Source: an uncultured Chloroflexia bacterium | Lineage (GTDB): Bacteria; Chloroflexota; Anaerolineae; JAAYZQ01 | DNA: 64,000 nucleotides | Direction: 5' to 3' | Assembly: GCA_963700285.1 (NCBI GenBank) | Contig: CAVOXA010000001.1 | Location: 960,001-1,024,000 of the forward strand | Part shown: in pieces, positions 9,757 through 19,370 of the stretch | Layout: the number at the start of each line of letters is the position of its first letter | Numbering within the stretch: the first letter of the stretch is position 1 | Notes under the pieces: generated by a model | What the model was told of the DNA's origin: nothing | Seen by the model: only the letters and a program-made list of their open reading frames with translations | Databases searched by the model: none | Program-made: the position numbers and the translations under genes

Positions 9757-11039
9757 TGGATAGAAAGACTACGATGACCGCTAAAGGCCCTGGCGATAGT
9801 TCTACGCGGGCCGTGGCCTCCATTCCCTGGCGGGCCTGGCACGGCGACGGGTGGCTGGAGTTGACCTTTCCGCGGGGCTGGCGTGTCCAGACCTACTGGC
9901 CGACCGGCGGGCCTGACATTGGGCAAGAGGGGATCGACAAGGCTTTCGATAATCCTATATCGACACCCAAGGTTGAGAAGTTGGTGCGGGGCAAAGACCG
10001 GATCTCGATCGCTGTGGATGATCTCTCTCGCCCGACGCCTGCCGCCCGCATCTTACCTACGCTTCTGCGCCGTTTGGAGGCGGGAGGCGCAAAGCTGGAC
10101 CGGATACACGTTGTACTCGCCATCGGCACACACCGCCCCATGTTGCGTGATGACATTGTCAAAAAGCTTGGGGCTGCCACAGTTGATCAGATTGAGGTAA
10201 GGAGCAACCATCCCTATGACAATCTTGTGGTGCTAGGTACCTCAGCCCGTGGAACGCCAGTCCATATCTGTCGCTACTTTGCTGAGGCAGATGTCAAGAT
10301 CGGTGTAGGTTCAATCGTACCGCACGGGGTGCCGGGCTTTGCGGGCGGGGCCAAGGTCGTAGCGCCTGGTGTTTGTGGTGTGGATACGATCGCGGCCCTG
10401 CACCAACCCGGTCGTCACAGGCTCGGGCTGGCAAAAATCGAGGACAACGACTTTCGCGCAGACATCGAACAGTTTGTTGGAGACCAGGTGGGACTGGACT
10501 GCATTGTCAATGCGGTACCCAACGCGACTCGCGAGATTGCCGGTCTCGTCGTGGGAGACATGATCGCTGCGCATCGCGCCGGGGTGGAACTCTCAAAGCG
10601 CGTCTGTGCAACCACCATGCCGCCCGAGCCGGTGGACGTTGCCATCTGCAACGCCTATCCCAAGGATTCTGACTTTCATCAGATTACGCACGCGCTCCAC
10701 GCGCTGCGCTCGTCGTCAGAACCGGTGGTCAAACCAGGGGGAACGGTCGTGCTCGTGAGCGCCAGTCCCGAGGGCTATGGATATCACGGCCTCTATGGCC
10801 CTGGCATGCGCTACGACCTCTCTCGCAAACGCGACAACCGGGCAAAGACACGGACACTGGGAGATGCCAGCCTTCTCTTCTTCTCACCTGGTCTCAGCCA
10901 AGTGGAGGCCCGAAAGACCTCGGCGGTCCGTAGTTGGGATCAGATCGTGGGACAGCTTCTAGAGCGACACAGTGGTCAAGCCACCGTGGCCGTATTCCCC
11001 TGTGGACCCATCCAGCTCGCAGAGGAGCGCCCGAAATGA
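9756..11039 (+). CDS. LarA family nickel-pincer-dependent racemase/epimerase
   Basis: DDLSRPTP, GTHRP, LGTS.RGTP, PH...GFAGGAK, downstream His. Confidence 0.85.
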   Translation: MDRKTTMTAKGPGDSSTRAVASIPWRAWHGDGWLELTFPRGWRVQTYWPTGGPDIGQEGIDKAFDNPISTPKVEKLVRGKDRISIAVDDLSRPTPAARILPTLLRRLEAGGAKLDRIHVVLAIGTHRPMLRDDIVKKLGAATVDQIEVRSNHPYDNLVVLGTSARGTPVHICRYFAEADVKIGVGSIVPHGVPGFAGGAKVVAPGVCGVDTIAALHQPGRHRLGLAKIEDNDFRADIEQFVGDQVGLDCIVNAVPNATREIAGLVVGDMIAAHRAGVELSKRVCATTMPPEPVDVAICNAYPKDSDFHQITHALHALRSSSEPVVKPGGTVVLVSASPEGYGYHGLYGPGMRYDLSRKRDNRAKTRTLGDASLLFFSPGLSQVEARKTSAVRSWDQIVGQLLERHSGQATVAVFPCGPIQLAEERPK

Positions 11040-11833
11040 GTACCATTCGCATTGGAGTGGCCCAGGTGCCACAGACACCAGACTTGGCGCGCAATCGCGA
11101 CAAGACGCTGGAGTATATGGACAAGGCAGTCGCGCAAGGAGTGGAACTGCTCTGTTTCCCGGAAACCCATCTGCCAGGTTATCGAGTAGGCATGCTTGCC
11201 GCCGGAGCTCCCTGCGATGAGTTGGGCCTGGCACAGGCCACAGAACAGATCGCGGCCACATGCCGGGAGTTCTCTATGGGTATGATCCTGGGTACCGAAA
11301 CGCCCAACCCTGGTGGGAAACCCTTCAACAGCGCCCTCGTTCTCGATCAGGATGGACAGCCCATCGCCCTCCATCACAAGTCCAAGCTGACGCCAAAGGA
11401 CACTTTCGCCTACTCGGCCGGCACATGCCCTACTTCTTTTCTCTTCAAGGGCATCGCTATGGGGCTGGTCATCTGCTACGAGGGTTTTCGCTTCCCCAGC
11501 ACGACACGGACGTTGGCCAAAGCCGGCGCTCAGATCGTGTTCCATCCCCAGTTCAACCATGTCCTGCCCGGGATGGCTTGGAAGCTACCGGTCCACGAAG
11601 CCTTGCTCGTGGCCCGCGCCGCAGAGAACACGCTCTATTTTGTCTCGGCCAACATGAGTCACCCGCGCAACAATTGCCGGTCCCTCATAGTTGCGCCCGA
11701 CGGTTTGATTCAGGAAGCTTCTGTCCTGGGGCAGGAGATGTTACTTGTCGCCGATCTGGATCCCGCACGGGCTACCCATGCCTTTCTTCACGACGACCCG
11801 GAGCAGACTGCAAAAGCCCTGGCAGAGATCTAG
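11036..11833 (+). CDS. Carbon-nitrogen hydrolase (nitrilase family)
   Basis: FPE, HKSKL, ICYE catalytic triad; ATGA overlap with the upstream stop. Confidence 0.9.
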   Translation: MSTIRIGVAQVPQTPDLARNRDKTLEYMDKAVAQGVELLCFPETHLPGYRVGMLAAGAPCDELGLAQATEQIAATCREFSMGMILGTETPNPGGKPFNSALVLDQDGQPIALHHKSKLTPKDTFAYSAGTCPTSFLFKGIAMGLVICYEGFRFPSTTRTLAKAGAQIVFHPQFNHVLPGMAWKLPVHEALLVARAAENTLYFVSANMSHPRNNCRSLIVAPDGLIQEASVLGQEMLLVADLDPARATHAFLHDDPEQTAKALAEI

Positions 11834-11900
11834 CATGTTGATGGCACACGCAAACTACCGCTGGCTTTGAGCCAAACAAAATAGCCCTCAGGAGGGCAGA

Positions 11901-13391
11901 ATGCGTATCGGAATTGGCAAAATCTCGCAAGAAACGAACACTTTTTCACCCGCCCTGACAGATCTGGATATGCTGCATGCGTTTGGCGTGTATCATGGCC
12001 AAGACGTTCTCGATGTCTCACACTGGAGCGAGTACATCCAGGGCTTCCTCGACGTGGTGGGTGATCAGGAACTGGTGGGCATTACCCACGTTACGGCACT
12101 ACCCTCGGGGCCTCTGACCGAGGCAGGCCTCGATGCGATTCTGGAGTGGTTTGACGAGGATCTGGAGAAGGCCCTTCCCCTGGACGGGCTCCTGCTTAGC
12201 ATGCATGGCGCCTTTGCCGCCCTTACTGATACAGATGTCGAAGGTTTGATTCTGCGGAAGGCGCGTGAGACCTTGGGACCTGGGGTGGCCATCGGAGTTG
12301 CTCTGGACCTCCATGCCAACATTTCCAGGCGCAAGATCGAGAATGCGGACGTGATCTATGGGCTGCACACGCATCCGCACATAGACAGCCGGGAGGTAGC
12401 ACAGAAGGTGGCGCGCGTGCTCCTTGCTGCGTTGCGCGGCGAGGTCAAACCGGTCATCAGTGCTGTCAAGATCCCACTCATCACGCCTGCTGAGACCCAA
12501 TTGAGCTACGAATCTCCCTTAAAGGATCTAATGGAAGCCACGCTGCGCCAGGAAGATGATGAACGGGTGCTCGCCTCTTCGGTATTCGCTGTGCAGCCCT
12601 GGATGGACATCCCGGAGATGGGCTGGTGCAGCGTCGTGGTGACCGATGGCGACCGGCTGCTTGCCGATCAGCTCGTCAGAGACCTAGCTGCCATGACCTG
12701 GGATCAGAGGGAAACCTACACGCGACCCTGCCCGACCTACCTTGAAGCCCTGGACGAAGCCTTTTCTACCGATCTTCAACCTGTGGTCATTTCGGACTTT
12801 GCCGACCTGATGACCGGTGGTGGTACAGGGGATTCTGTATGGTATCTGAAGGAGTTGCTGGCCCGTAATCCGTCGGAGCCCTGCTATATTACGATGGTCG
12901 ACGCTGAGGCGGCGCAACGCATGGCAGAGGCCGGCGCAGGAGCCGATGTCACGCTCATGCTGGGCGGAAAACTGGACAACATCTATTCCAGTCCTGTCCA
13001 GGTGCGGGGCACCATCCTGCGAGTGTTGCCCGTAGCGCCCGACCGAGCGCTGCCCAGCAGCATGGGTCTGACCTGCGTATTGAGAATTGGGAACATCTAT
13101 GTCGTCACTTTTGAGCGCCTGGGCATGGGCTCCGACCCAAGCATCTATGCCGATGCCGGTCTCGATCCCATGAAAGCCAAGATCGTCATTGCCAAATCTG
13201 TTGTCGATTGGCGTGAGGGCTACAAGGATGTGGGCAAGCTCTTTCTCCTGGGAGAGGCGCCCGGACTGGCACCGTCCAACTTGCGCTCGCTGGAGTGGAA
13301 AAAGGTCCCCCGACCCATCTTCCCCCTGGACCAGGGGATGGCTTGGGACAGCGCCAAGGCCGTGGCCTACCGAAGCGACCGGCGAGCTTGA
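11901..13391 (+). CDS. M81 family metallopeptidase (MlrC-like)
   Basis: QETNTFS, MHGA, LDLHAN, HPHID, C-terminal PRPIFPLD. Confidence 0.9.
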   Translation: MRIGIGKISQETNTFSPALTDLDMLHAFGVYHGQDVLDVSHWSEYIQGFLDVVGDQELVGITHVTALPSGPLTEAGLDAILEWFDEDLEKALPLDGLLLSMHGAFAALTDTDVEGLILRKARETLGPGVAIGVALDLHANISRRKIENADVIYGLHTHPHIDSREVAQKVARVLLAALRGEVKPVISAVKIPLITPAETQLSYESPLKDLMEATLRQEDDERVLASSVFAVQPWMDIPEMGWCSVVVTDGDRLLADQLVRDLAAMTWDQRETYTRPCPTYLEALDEAFSTDLQPVVISDFADLMTGGGTGDSVWYLKELLARNPSEPCYITMVDAEAAQRMAEAGAGADVTLMLGGKLDNIYSSPVQVRGTILRVLPVAPDRALPSSMGLTCVLRIGNIYVVTFERLGMGSDPSIYADAGLDPMKAKIVIAKSVVDWREGYKDVGKLFLLGEAPGLAPSNLRSLEWKKVPRPIFPLDQGMAWDSAKAVAYRSDRRA

Positions 13392-13422
13392 AAGGCAACG
13401 GTCTATCAAAGGAGACTCGAGC

Positions 13423-14583
13423 ATGAAACAACGTGCGAAACTGATGATTCCCGGTCCGGTGGAAGTGGATCCACGCGTTCTCGAAGTGATGGGACGCCCC
13501 CTCGTGCCTCACTACGAGGCCGAGTTCGCCCAGATTCACGCCGAGACCATGGCCGCGGCAAAGGCTGTGTTTCGGACAACGGGCGATCTGTTCGTTCTCA
13601 TGGGCAGTGGGACCGCAGGACTGGAAGCCTGCCTGAGGGGGATCGCCGGAAATGGCGGGAAAATACTTGTCCTTGTCAATGGTGGCTTTGCCAGGCTGCT
13701 GTCCCGAATTGCAAGGACTTATACCGATCGGGTGGAGGAGGCAGAATTCCCAGACCGGGAACCGATCCCGCCCGAGGCGCTGGACCAGATTTTGGCAAAG
13801 GATCCGTCTGTGCGTTCTGTGGCCGTCGTGCACAGCGAGACGCACACCGGCCTGCTGAACCCAATCCAGGCTTACGGCGAGGTGTGTCGAGCCCACGATG
13901 CTATTCTCATGGTGGACGCCATCTCATCCTTGGGTGGAGCGCGCCTGGATATGGATGACTGGAAGATCGATCTCTGTGTTACGGCATCGCAGAAAGCACT
14001 CGGCGCCCCTCCGGGCTTCTGCCTCATTGCTGTGAATCCCCGCTGCTGGCCACTGATCGATGAGCGGAAGGGCGGCCCAGGGTACTACCTTAATCTCAGC
14101 GCGTGGCGCCAGAGGGCAGCCGAGTCGGCCGACTGGCACCCAACGCTTTCTACCGTCGCGGTCAGCAACTTTCTGGCCCTACGCGAGGCGCTAGAAATGG
14201 TCGCCGAGGAAGGCATGGAGAACCGACTGGTGCGCCATCAACGGGTGTCACTTCTCGTCAGACAGGCGATACGCAGCCTCGGGCTTGAGACGTACGTCGC
14301 CGACGCGTACGCCTCGCCTACACTTACGACGGTGATGCTGCCTGATGGGCTCAGTGCTCAAGATGCTCGCGACTATATCAAGGCCAAACATGGGATCATG
14401 GTTGGCGGTGCGTTTTTCGGAAGTGAGATGCAGGCGTTCCGCATCGGTCATATGGGGCCGCAGGCAACCGTGGAAAATGCTGTTGGCGTCCTCGTCGCAC
14501 TTGAAGGCTACCTCAGGCAGGCAGGCTGGAATGTCGAGGCCGGGCAATGCTTGGCCGGGGTCCAGCCGGAGCTACTGAGCTAG
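13423..14583 (+). CDS. Class V PLP aminotransferase (alanine-glyoxylate/serine-pyruvate type)
   Basis: LMIPGP, HSETHTG, VDAISS, SQKALG, FRIGHMG; AAAGGAG RBS. Confidence 0.92.
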   Translation: MKQRAKLMIPGPVEVDPRVLEVMGRPLVPHYEAEFAQIHAETMAAAKAVFRTTGDLFVLMGSGTAGLEACLRGIAGNGGKILVLVNGGFARLLSRIARTYTDRVEEAEFPDREPIPPEALDQILAKDPSVRSVAVVHSETHTGLLNPIQAYGEVCRAHDAILMVDAISSLGGARLDMDDWKIDLCVTASQKALGAPPGFCLIAVNPRCWPLIDERKGGPGYYLNLSAWRQRAAESADWHPTLSTVAVSNFLALREALEMVAEEGMENRLVRHQRVSLLVRQAIRSLGLETYVADAYASPTLTTVMLPDGLSAQDARDYIKAKHGIMVGGAFFGSEMQAFRIGHMGPQATVENAVGVLVALEGYLRQAGWNVEAGQCLAGVQPELLS

Positions 14584-14673
14584 GTTGTGAAAACTGGCGC
14601 CATGGTGGGCCCTGCGCATCATGCGCGCTGACCCGGCTGAGGCTCGGGAAATGAGGATTGGCGGGAAGGATTT

Positions 14674-15909
14674 GTGACCGTGTCTAGACTGCGAACCAGC
14701 ATGTGGCTCTATCCCTGGGATGTGCAAGATGAGGGCATCGACTTTGTGCTGGGGAGTATTCAGGACCGCGCTGGCATCGGTGGCGTCAACCTGGCGGTGA
14801 GCTATCATTCTGGCATGTTCCTTCTGCCCCACAATCCCCGGCGCAAGGTCTACTACCCCCAGCCAGGTGTCTACTTTCAGCCGGACGCTGCGCGCTTTGC
14901 GGGCCTGGCCATGCAACCCATCGTTAACGATCTTGCCAGTACAGACCTGGTGGCGCGCCTGCGATGCGAGACGGCGCAGCGGGGTATGGCCCTCACTGCC
15001 TGGACAGTCTGCCTGCACAATACCGCTCTGGGCATTGCCTACCCCGAGAGCACCATGAAAAATGTCTTCGGCGATCGGCTTATTAGCCAGCTCTGTCCGG
15101 CAAATCCACACGCGCGAGCTTATGCCCTGGCCTTGTTGGGGGATCTGCTCAACCGCGAGCTGGAATCGGTGCTGGTCGAATCCCTGGAGTACATGTCGTT
15201 CCAACATGGCTATCATCACGAAGTGATCGGGGTGCCACTTACGCCCTTTATCTCCTGGCTGCTCGGGCTTTGCTTCTGTGAGCACTGCCAGCGAGGGGCG
15301 GAGGAATCTGGAGTTGATGTCAAAGCGGTGCTGGCCTTTGTCCGCCGGGAGATCGAATGGTTTTTCGCCGGGGGCTTGGAAGCTGGCCGCGAAGGGATTA
15401 CTTGGCCGGAGATCAGGGCCCTCGCGGGTGAGGAGCTGGGGGCCTTCCACCAGTTTCGCATCAGCACGGTGACCAGCCTCTACGGGGAGGTCCACGCCGC
15501 TAGGGCGCCTGGCGCCCGCACCTTGCTGGAAGTCTGTGACTTTGGCCCACTCTGGGGCCTGGGACCGGATGGTGCGGCCTGGGAGAGTGGCTTTGACATG
15601 GCAGCCACGGCCCGCTTTTTCAGTGGTCTGCATCCTTGTCCCTACTTTGTCGCGGTGGATCAGGTGAGAGACAAGATGGACGAGTACCGGTGCCTGGTAC
15701 CCAGGGGCATGCCGGTCTATCCTGCCATCCGGGCCATCCCTCCCCAGGTGGCAACCGCTGCGGATCTACAAGCCAAGATGGATGCCTGCCAGCCGCGGTC
15801 AGTAGCTGGGTTCAGCTTCTACAACTATGGCTTTGTGCGCTATAATGCGCTGGATTGGATCAAGGCAGCCCTGGCTGCACTGGAGGGCTTGACCGAACTC
15901 AAGATGTAG
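14674..15909 (+). CDS. Uncharacterised putative TIM-barrel/glycoside-hydrolase-like protein
   Basis: YPWD, YH, WTVCLH, LCP, HGYHHE, CFCEHC motifs; the fold is inferred. Confidence 0.6.
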   Translation: MTVSRLRTSMWLYPWDVQDEGIDFVLGSIQDRAGIGGVNLAVSYHSGMFLLPHNPRRKVYYPQPGVYFQPDAARFAGLAMQPIVNDLASTDLVARLRCETAQRGMALTAWTVCLHNTALGIAYPESTMKNVFGDRLISQLCPANPHARAYALALLGDLLNRELESVLVESLEYMSFQHGYHHEVIGVPLTPFISWLLGLCFCEHCQRGAEESGVDVKAVLAFVRREIEWFFAGGLEAGREGITWPEIRALAGEELGAFHQFRISTVTSLYGEVHAARAPGARTLLEVCDFGPLWGLGPDGAAWESGFDMAATARFFSGLHPCPYFVAVDQVRDKMDEYRCLVPRGMPVYPAIRAIPPQVATAADLQAKMDACQPRSVAGFSFYNYGFVRYNALDWIKAALAALEGLTELKM

Positions 15910-15958
15910 CCGGATGGTTGGCAGAGCCAACCACTACGAACCAGAAGGAGTCAAGAGT

Positions 15959-17977
15959 GTGAGAATCGAAGAGTATGGTTTTGACAGACCCCGCAGTGGG
16001 CTGGCTGTCACAGCTGATGAGGCAGCCAGCCTGGCCAGCCAGATCGGGTTCCCTGTCGCCCTAAAGATCATTTCGCCCGACATCCTGCACAAGACAGATA
16101 TGGGCGGGGTCGAGCTGGCGCTGGATTCTGAAGAGGCGGTGCGCGCTGCCTTTGGGCGCATCACAGCCCGTGCCAGCGAAGAGGCGCCAGAGGCTCAGAT
16201 CGAGGGTGTCGGCGTTGAGGAGATGATCCAGGAGGGTGTGGAGATCATTGTCGGGCTCATCAACGACCCCCAGTTCGGACCCACTATCATGTTCGGCCTG
16301 GGCGGGATCTTGACCGAGATCCTGGACGACGTCAGTTTTCGCGTCTTGCCCATCACGCCGGACGACGCGCGCAGTATGGTCAACGAGATCCAGGGCAAGC
16401 CCCTGCTTGACGGCTACCGGGGACAGGCGCCCGTGTCGGAGGACCTGCTGGTCGATTTGCTGATGAAGGCCAGCCGGATGGGGATGGATCTGGCTGGCAG
16501 GTTGGACTCTGTGGACCTGAACCCAATCGTCGTCTGGGGCGACCAGCACCGGGTTCTGGACGCCAAGGTACTGCTGGACGCTGGGGAGCGCTCCTACGAG
16601 GCCGCCAAGGCGAACACGGCCAATCTCGCGGCCTTTTTTCAGGCCAAGGCAGTCGCACTGGTCGGTGCCTCGTCCACGCCGGGCAAGATCGGCAACTCGG
16701 TACTGGACAGCCTGAGCCAACATGCGTACGAGGGCAATGTCTATCCTGTCAATCCGGTCCGAGACGAGATCATGGGCCTGCAGACCTATCCCAATCTGGC
16801 AGCGACGCCGGAGGATACCGAGTTGGTGGTGGCCGTCGTGGATCTTTTCCAGGTCCCGGTCCTGATCGAAGAGACCGCGGCCAAGGGCGTGCACAGCCTG
16901 GTGGTCGTCTCTGGCGGCGGAAAGGAACTGGGCGGTGAGCGGCAGGAGCTGGAAGCGCGTATCAAGGAACTCGCCACTCAGCTCGGCGTGCGGATCATCG
17001 GCCCAAATTGCATCGGTGTCTTTGACGGCGCGTCCCGGCTGGATACCTTCTTCCAGGTGCATGAGCGCATGGTCCGCCCCCCCAGCGGCAAGGTGGCCAT
17101 GACTACCCAGTCGGGAACGGTGGGCGCCGCCTTCCTGGAAGCGGCGACCTATGGCATGAGCAAGTTCGTCAGCTATGGCAACCGTGTCGATGTGGACGAG
17201 GCGGACCTGCTGGCCTACTTGGCCGACGACCCCAATACGGCCGTGATCGCCTGCTACGTCGAGGGCCTGGAACGGGGGCGCAAGTTCCTGGAGACGGCGC
17301 GCCAGGTAACGAAAAAGAAACCGGTGGTAATCTATAAGGCGGGGCGCAGCCAGCGGGGCGCTAGGGCTTCCATGTCTCACACCGGCTTTTTCGGCGGCAG
17401 CTACAAGGTCTGCCAGGGGGCCTTCCGGCAGGCAGGATTGATCGATGTAGATAGCCTGGAAGAGCTACAGGCCGCGGCCCAGGCCCTGGCCCTGCAGCCT
17501 GAGGCGCGGGGCCCGAGGCTGGCCATGATCTCCAACGGCGCGGGGACCATGGTCCAGGCTATGGACCTCATGAACGCGTACGGCCTGACAATGCACGATC
17601 TCGAGCCAGAGACGGTTGAGCGCCTGGAGGCGGTCTACCCCGGCTACTATATCGTGCAAAACCCGGTGGACGTCACCGGCTCGGCGACCAGCCAGGACTA
17701 CCGGCTGGGCATCGAAGCCCTCATCGAGGATCCCAACGTCGACGTCATCATGCCCTGGTTCGTCTTTCAGGACACGCCGCTGGATGAGGGGATCGTGGAA
17801 GCACTGGTGGAGCTGTCGGGCGCGAAACCAATCCTATGCGGAGCGATGGGAGGTCCCTATACGGTGAAAATGGGCCGGGAACTGGAGGCCCAGGGAGTGC
17901 CACTGGTGTATGGAGTGCGACCCTGGCTGGCTGCGGCCCGGGCAGTATCGTATCGAGCAAGCACACTAAACTTATAG
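15959..17977 (+). CDS. ADP-forming acyl(acetate)-CoA ligase, ATP-grasp (beta) domain fused N-terminal to the CoA-binding (alpha) domains
   Basis: N-half PVALKIIS..ILHKTD.GGV, FGPTIMFGLGG, DLNP; C-half VGAS, GPNCIG, SHTG phospho-His, NPVD; AGAAGGAG RBS before GTG15959. Confidence 0.92.
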   Translation: MRIEEYGFDRPRSGLAVTADEAASLASQIGFPVALKIISPDILHKTDMGGVELALDSEEAVRAAFGRITARASEEAPEAQIEGVGVEEMIQEGVEIIVGLINDPQFGPTIMFGLGGILTEILDDVSFRVLPITPDDARSMVNEIQGKPLLDGYRGQAPVSEDLLVDLLMKASRMGMDLAGRLDSVDLNPIVVWGDQHRVLDAKVLLDAGERSYEAAKANTANLAAFFQAKAVALVGASSTPGKIGNSVLDSLSQHAYEGNVYPVNPVRDEIMGLQTYPNLAATPEDTELVVAVVDLFQVPVLIEETAAKGVHSLVVVSGGGKELGGERQELEARIKELATQLGVRIIGPNCIGVFDGASRLDTFFQVHERMVRPPSGKVAMTTQSGTVGAAFLEAATYGMSKFVSYGNRVDVDEADLLAYLADDPNTAVIACYVEGLERGRKFLETARQVTKKKPVVIYKAGRSQRGARASMSHTGFFGGSYKVCQGAFRQAGLIDVDSLEELQAAAQALALQPEARGPRLAMISNGAGTMVQAMDLMNAYGLTMHDLEPETVERLEAVYPGYYIVQNPVDVTGSATSQDYRLGIEALIEDPNVDVIMPWFVFQDTPLDEGIVEALVELSGAKPILCGAMGGPYTVKMGRELEAQGVPLVYGVRPWLAAARAVSYRASTLNL

Positions 17978-17990
17978 AGAGGAGACTATC

Positions 17991-19208
17991 ATGACCCAAC
18001 CATGGAAGACCGACAAGTGGTACGTAAGCCCCTGGAACTTTTTTGATGAGGTGACCGCAGGGTTCGATTTCGCGCCACAGATCAAGATCCACGACATGAC
18101 CCTGCGCGATGGCGAGCAGCAGGCCGGCCTGGAGCTGCGCAAGGACGACAAGGTCCGCATCGCCGAGGCTCTGGCCGAGGCAGGCGTCCACCGCATCGAG
18201 GCTGGCATGCCAGCCGTCTCGAAACAGGATGAGGACGCCATCCGTGAGATCGTCAAGCGCGACCTGGGGCCCGAGATCTTTGCCTTCTGCCGCTGCGTGG
18301 TGGACGATGTGAAGCTAGCAGCGGACTGTGGCGTCAGTGGCATCGTCATCGAGATCCCGGCTTCCGAACACATCATTCAGAACGCCTACCAGTGGCCCGT
18401 GGAGAAAGCTATCGATCTATCGATCAAGGCCACCAGCGTGGCCAAAGAGCTGGGATTGTACACGGCCTTCTTTACCATCGACGCCACACGCGCCGACATC
18501 AATTGGCTCCTGGACCTTCTGGAAAGGGTAGCCACCGAGGGCCACATGGATTCGCTGGTGCTGGTGGACACCATGGGTGGAGCCCATCCAGGTGCCATCC
18601 GCTACTTTGCCGGCAAAGTCAAGGAGCGCTTCTCGCAACCCCTTGAAGCACACTTTCACAACGACTTTGGACTGGCCGTGGCCAACACGCTGGAGGCACT
18701 GGCGGCCGGCGTTGAGGTAGCCCACGTCACGGTGGGTGGCATGAGCGAGCGCGCAGGAGCCGCGGCCTTGGAAGAGGTTGTTGTCGCGCTGCTGGCCATG
18801 TACGGCATCGACGTAGGGATGAAGTATGACAAGTTGTATGACCTGACCCAACTGGCGACGTCGCTGACGGGACACGTCCTGGCACCCAACAAGGCCATCG
18901 TGGGCGAGGACCTCTTTACCATCGAGTCTGGCATCCCCGCAGCCTGGACGCGGCGCTGTCAAGGTGATCTGATCACTGAGGTCTTTCCCCTACACTGGGA
19001 CCTGATGGGCCACCCGGGCCCGAACATTGTCCTGGGCAAAGGCTCCGGTGCGCCATCCGTGGAAATCTGGCTGGAAGAGATGGGCCAGGAGGCCAGCCCA
19101 GCGCAAGTAGAGGCCTTGACGGTCATGGTCAAGGAGAAATCACTGGAGAAAAAGGGCCTGGTCACCAAGGATGAATTCAGGGCCATGACCGATGAGGTCC
19201 TTACCTGA
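17991..19208 (+). CDS. DRE-TIM pyruvate carboxyltransferase (homocitrate/isopropylmalate/Re-citrate synthase-like)
   Basis: DMTLRDGEQ, HFHNDFG, ERAG; no C-terminal regulatory domain. Confidence 0.88.
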   Translation: MTQPWKTDKWYVSPWNFFDEVTAGFDFAPQIKIHDMTLRDGEQQAGLELRKDDKVRIAEALAEAGVHRIEAGMPAVSKQDEDAIREIVKRDLGPEIFAFCRCVVDDVKLAADCGVSGIVIEIPASEHIIQNAYQWPVEKAIDLSIKATSVAKELGLYTAFFTIDATRADINWLLDLLERVATEGHMDSLVLVDTMGGAHPGAIRYFAGKVKERFSQPLEAHFHNDFGLAVANTLEALAAGVEVAHVTVGGMSERAGAAALEEVVVALLAMYGIDVGMKYDKLYDLTQLATSLTGHVLAPNKAIVGEDLFTIESGIPAAWTRRCQGDLITEVFPLHWDLMGHPGPNIVLGKGSGAPSVEIWLEEMGQEASPAQVEALTVMVKEKSLEKKGLVTKDEFRAMTDEVLT

Positions 19209-19310
19209 TCCCGGTCTTGCCGCAACGTGAGCAGATCACTCCTTGTGAAAGTGGCAAGTCTGCGCCTTGCTTGAACCTTCGCAAGGATGATTCTATTGGA
19301 GTGATATCGC

Positions 19311-19341
19311 TTGCCTTGGGAATCAACCTGTGGTATACAGG
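19311..19341 (+). promoter_or_regulatory. Putative sigma70 promoter with an overlapping palindromic operator
   Basis: TTGCCT-17-TATACA; CCTGT-GGTAT-ACAGG inverted repeat covers the -10. Confidence 0.4.
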
Positions 19342-19370
19342 GGGCAACCCAGTCGGAAATGGAAGACGAC

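Noticed and set aside
16061-17380. Long antisense ORFs (e.g. 16061-17380, 56797-58125, 14572-15633, 51452-52492)
   Set aside because: They are shadows of well-supported genes on the opposite strand, expected in GC-rich DNA, and carry no recognisable motifs.
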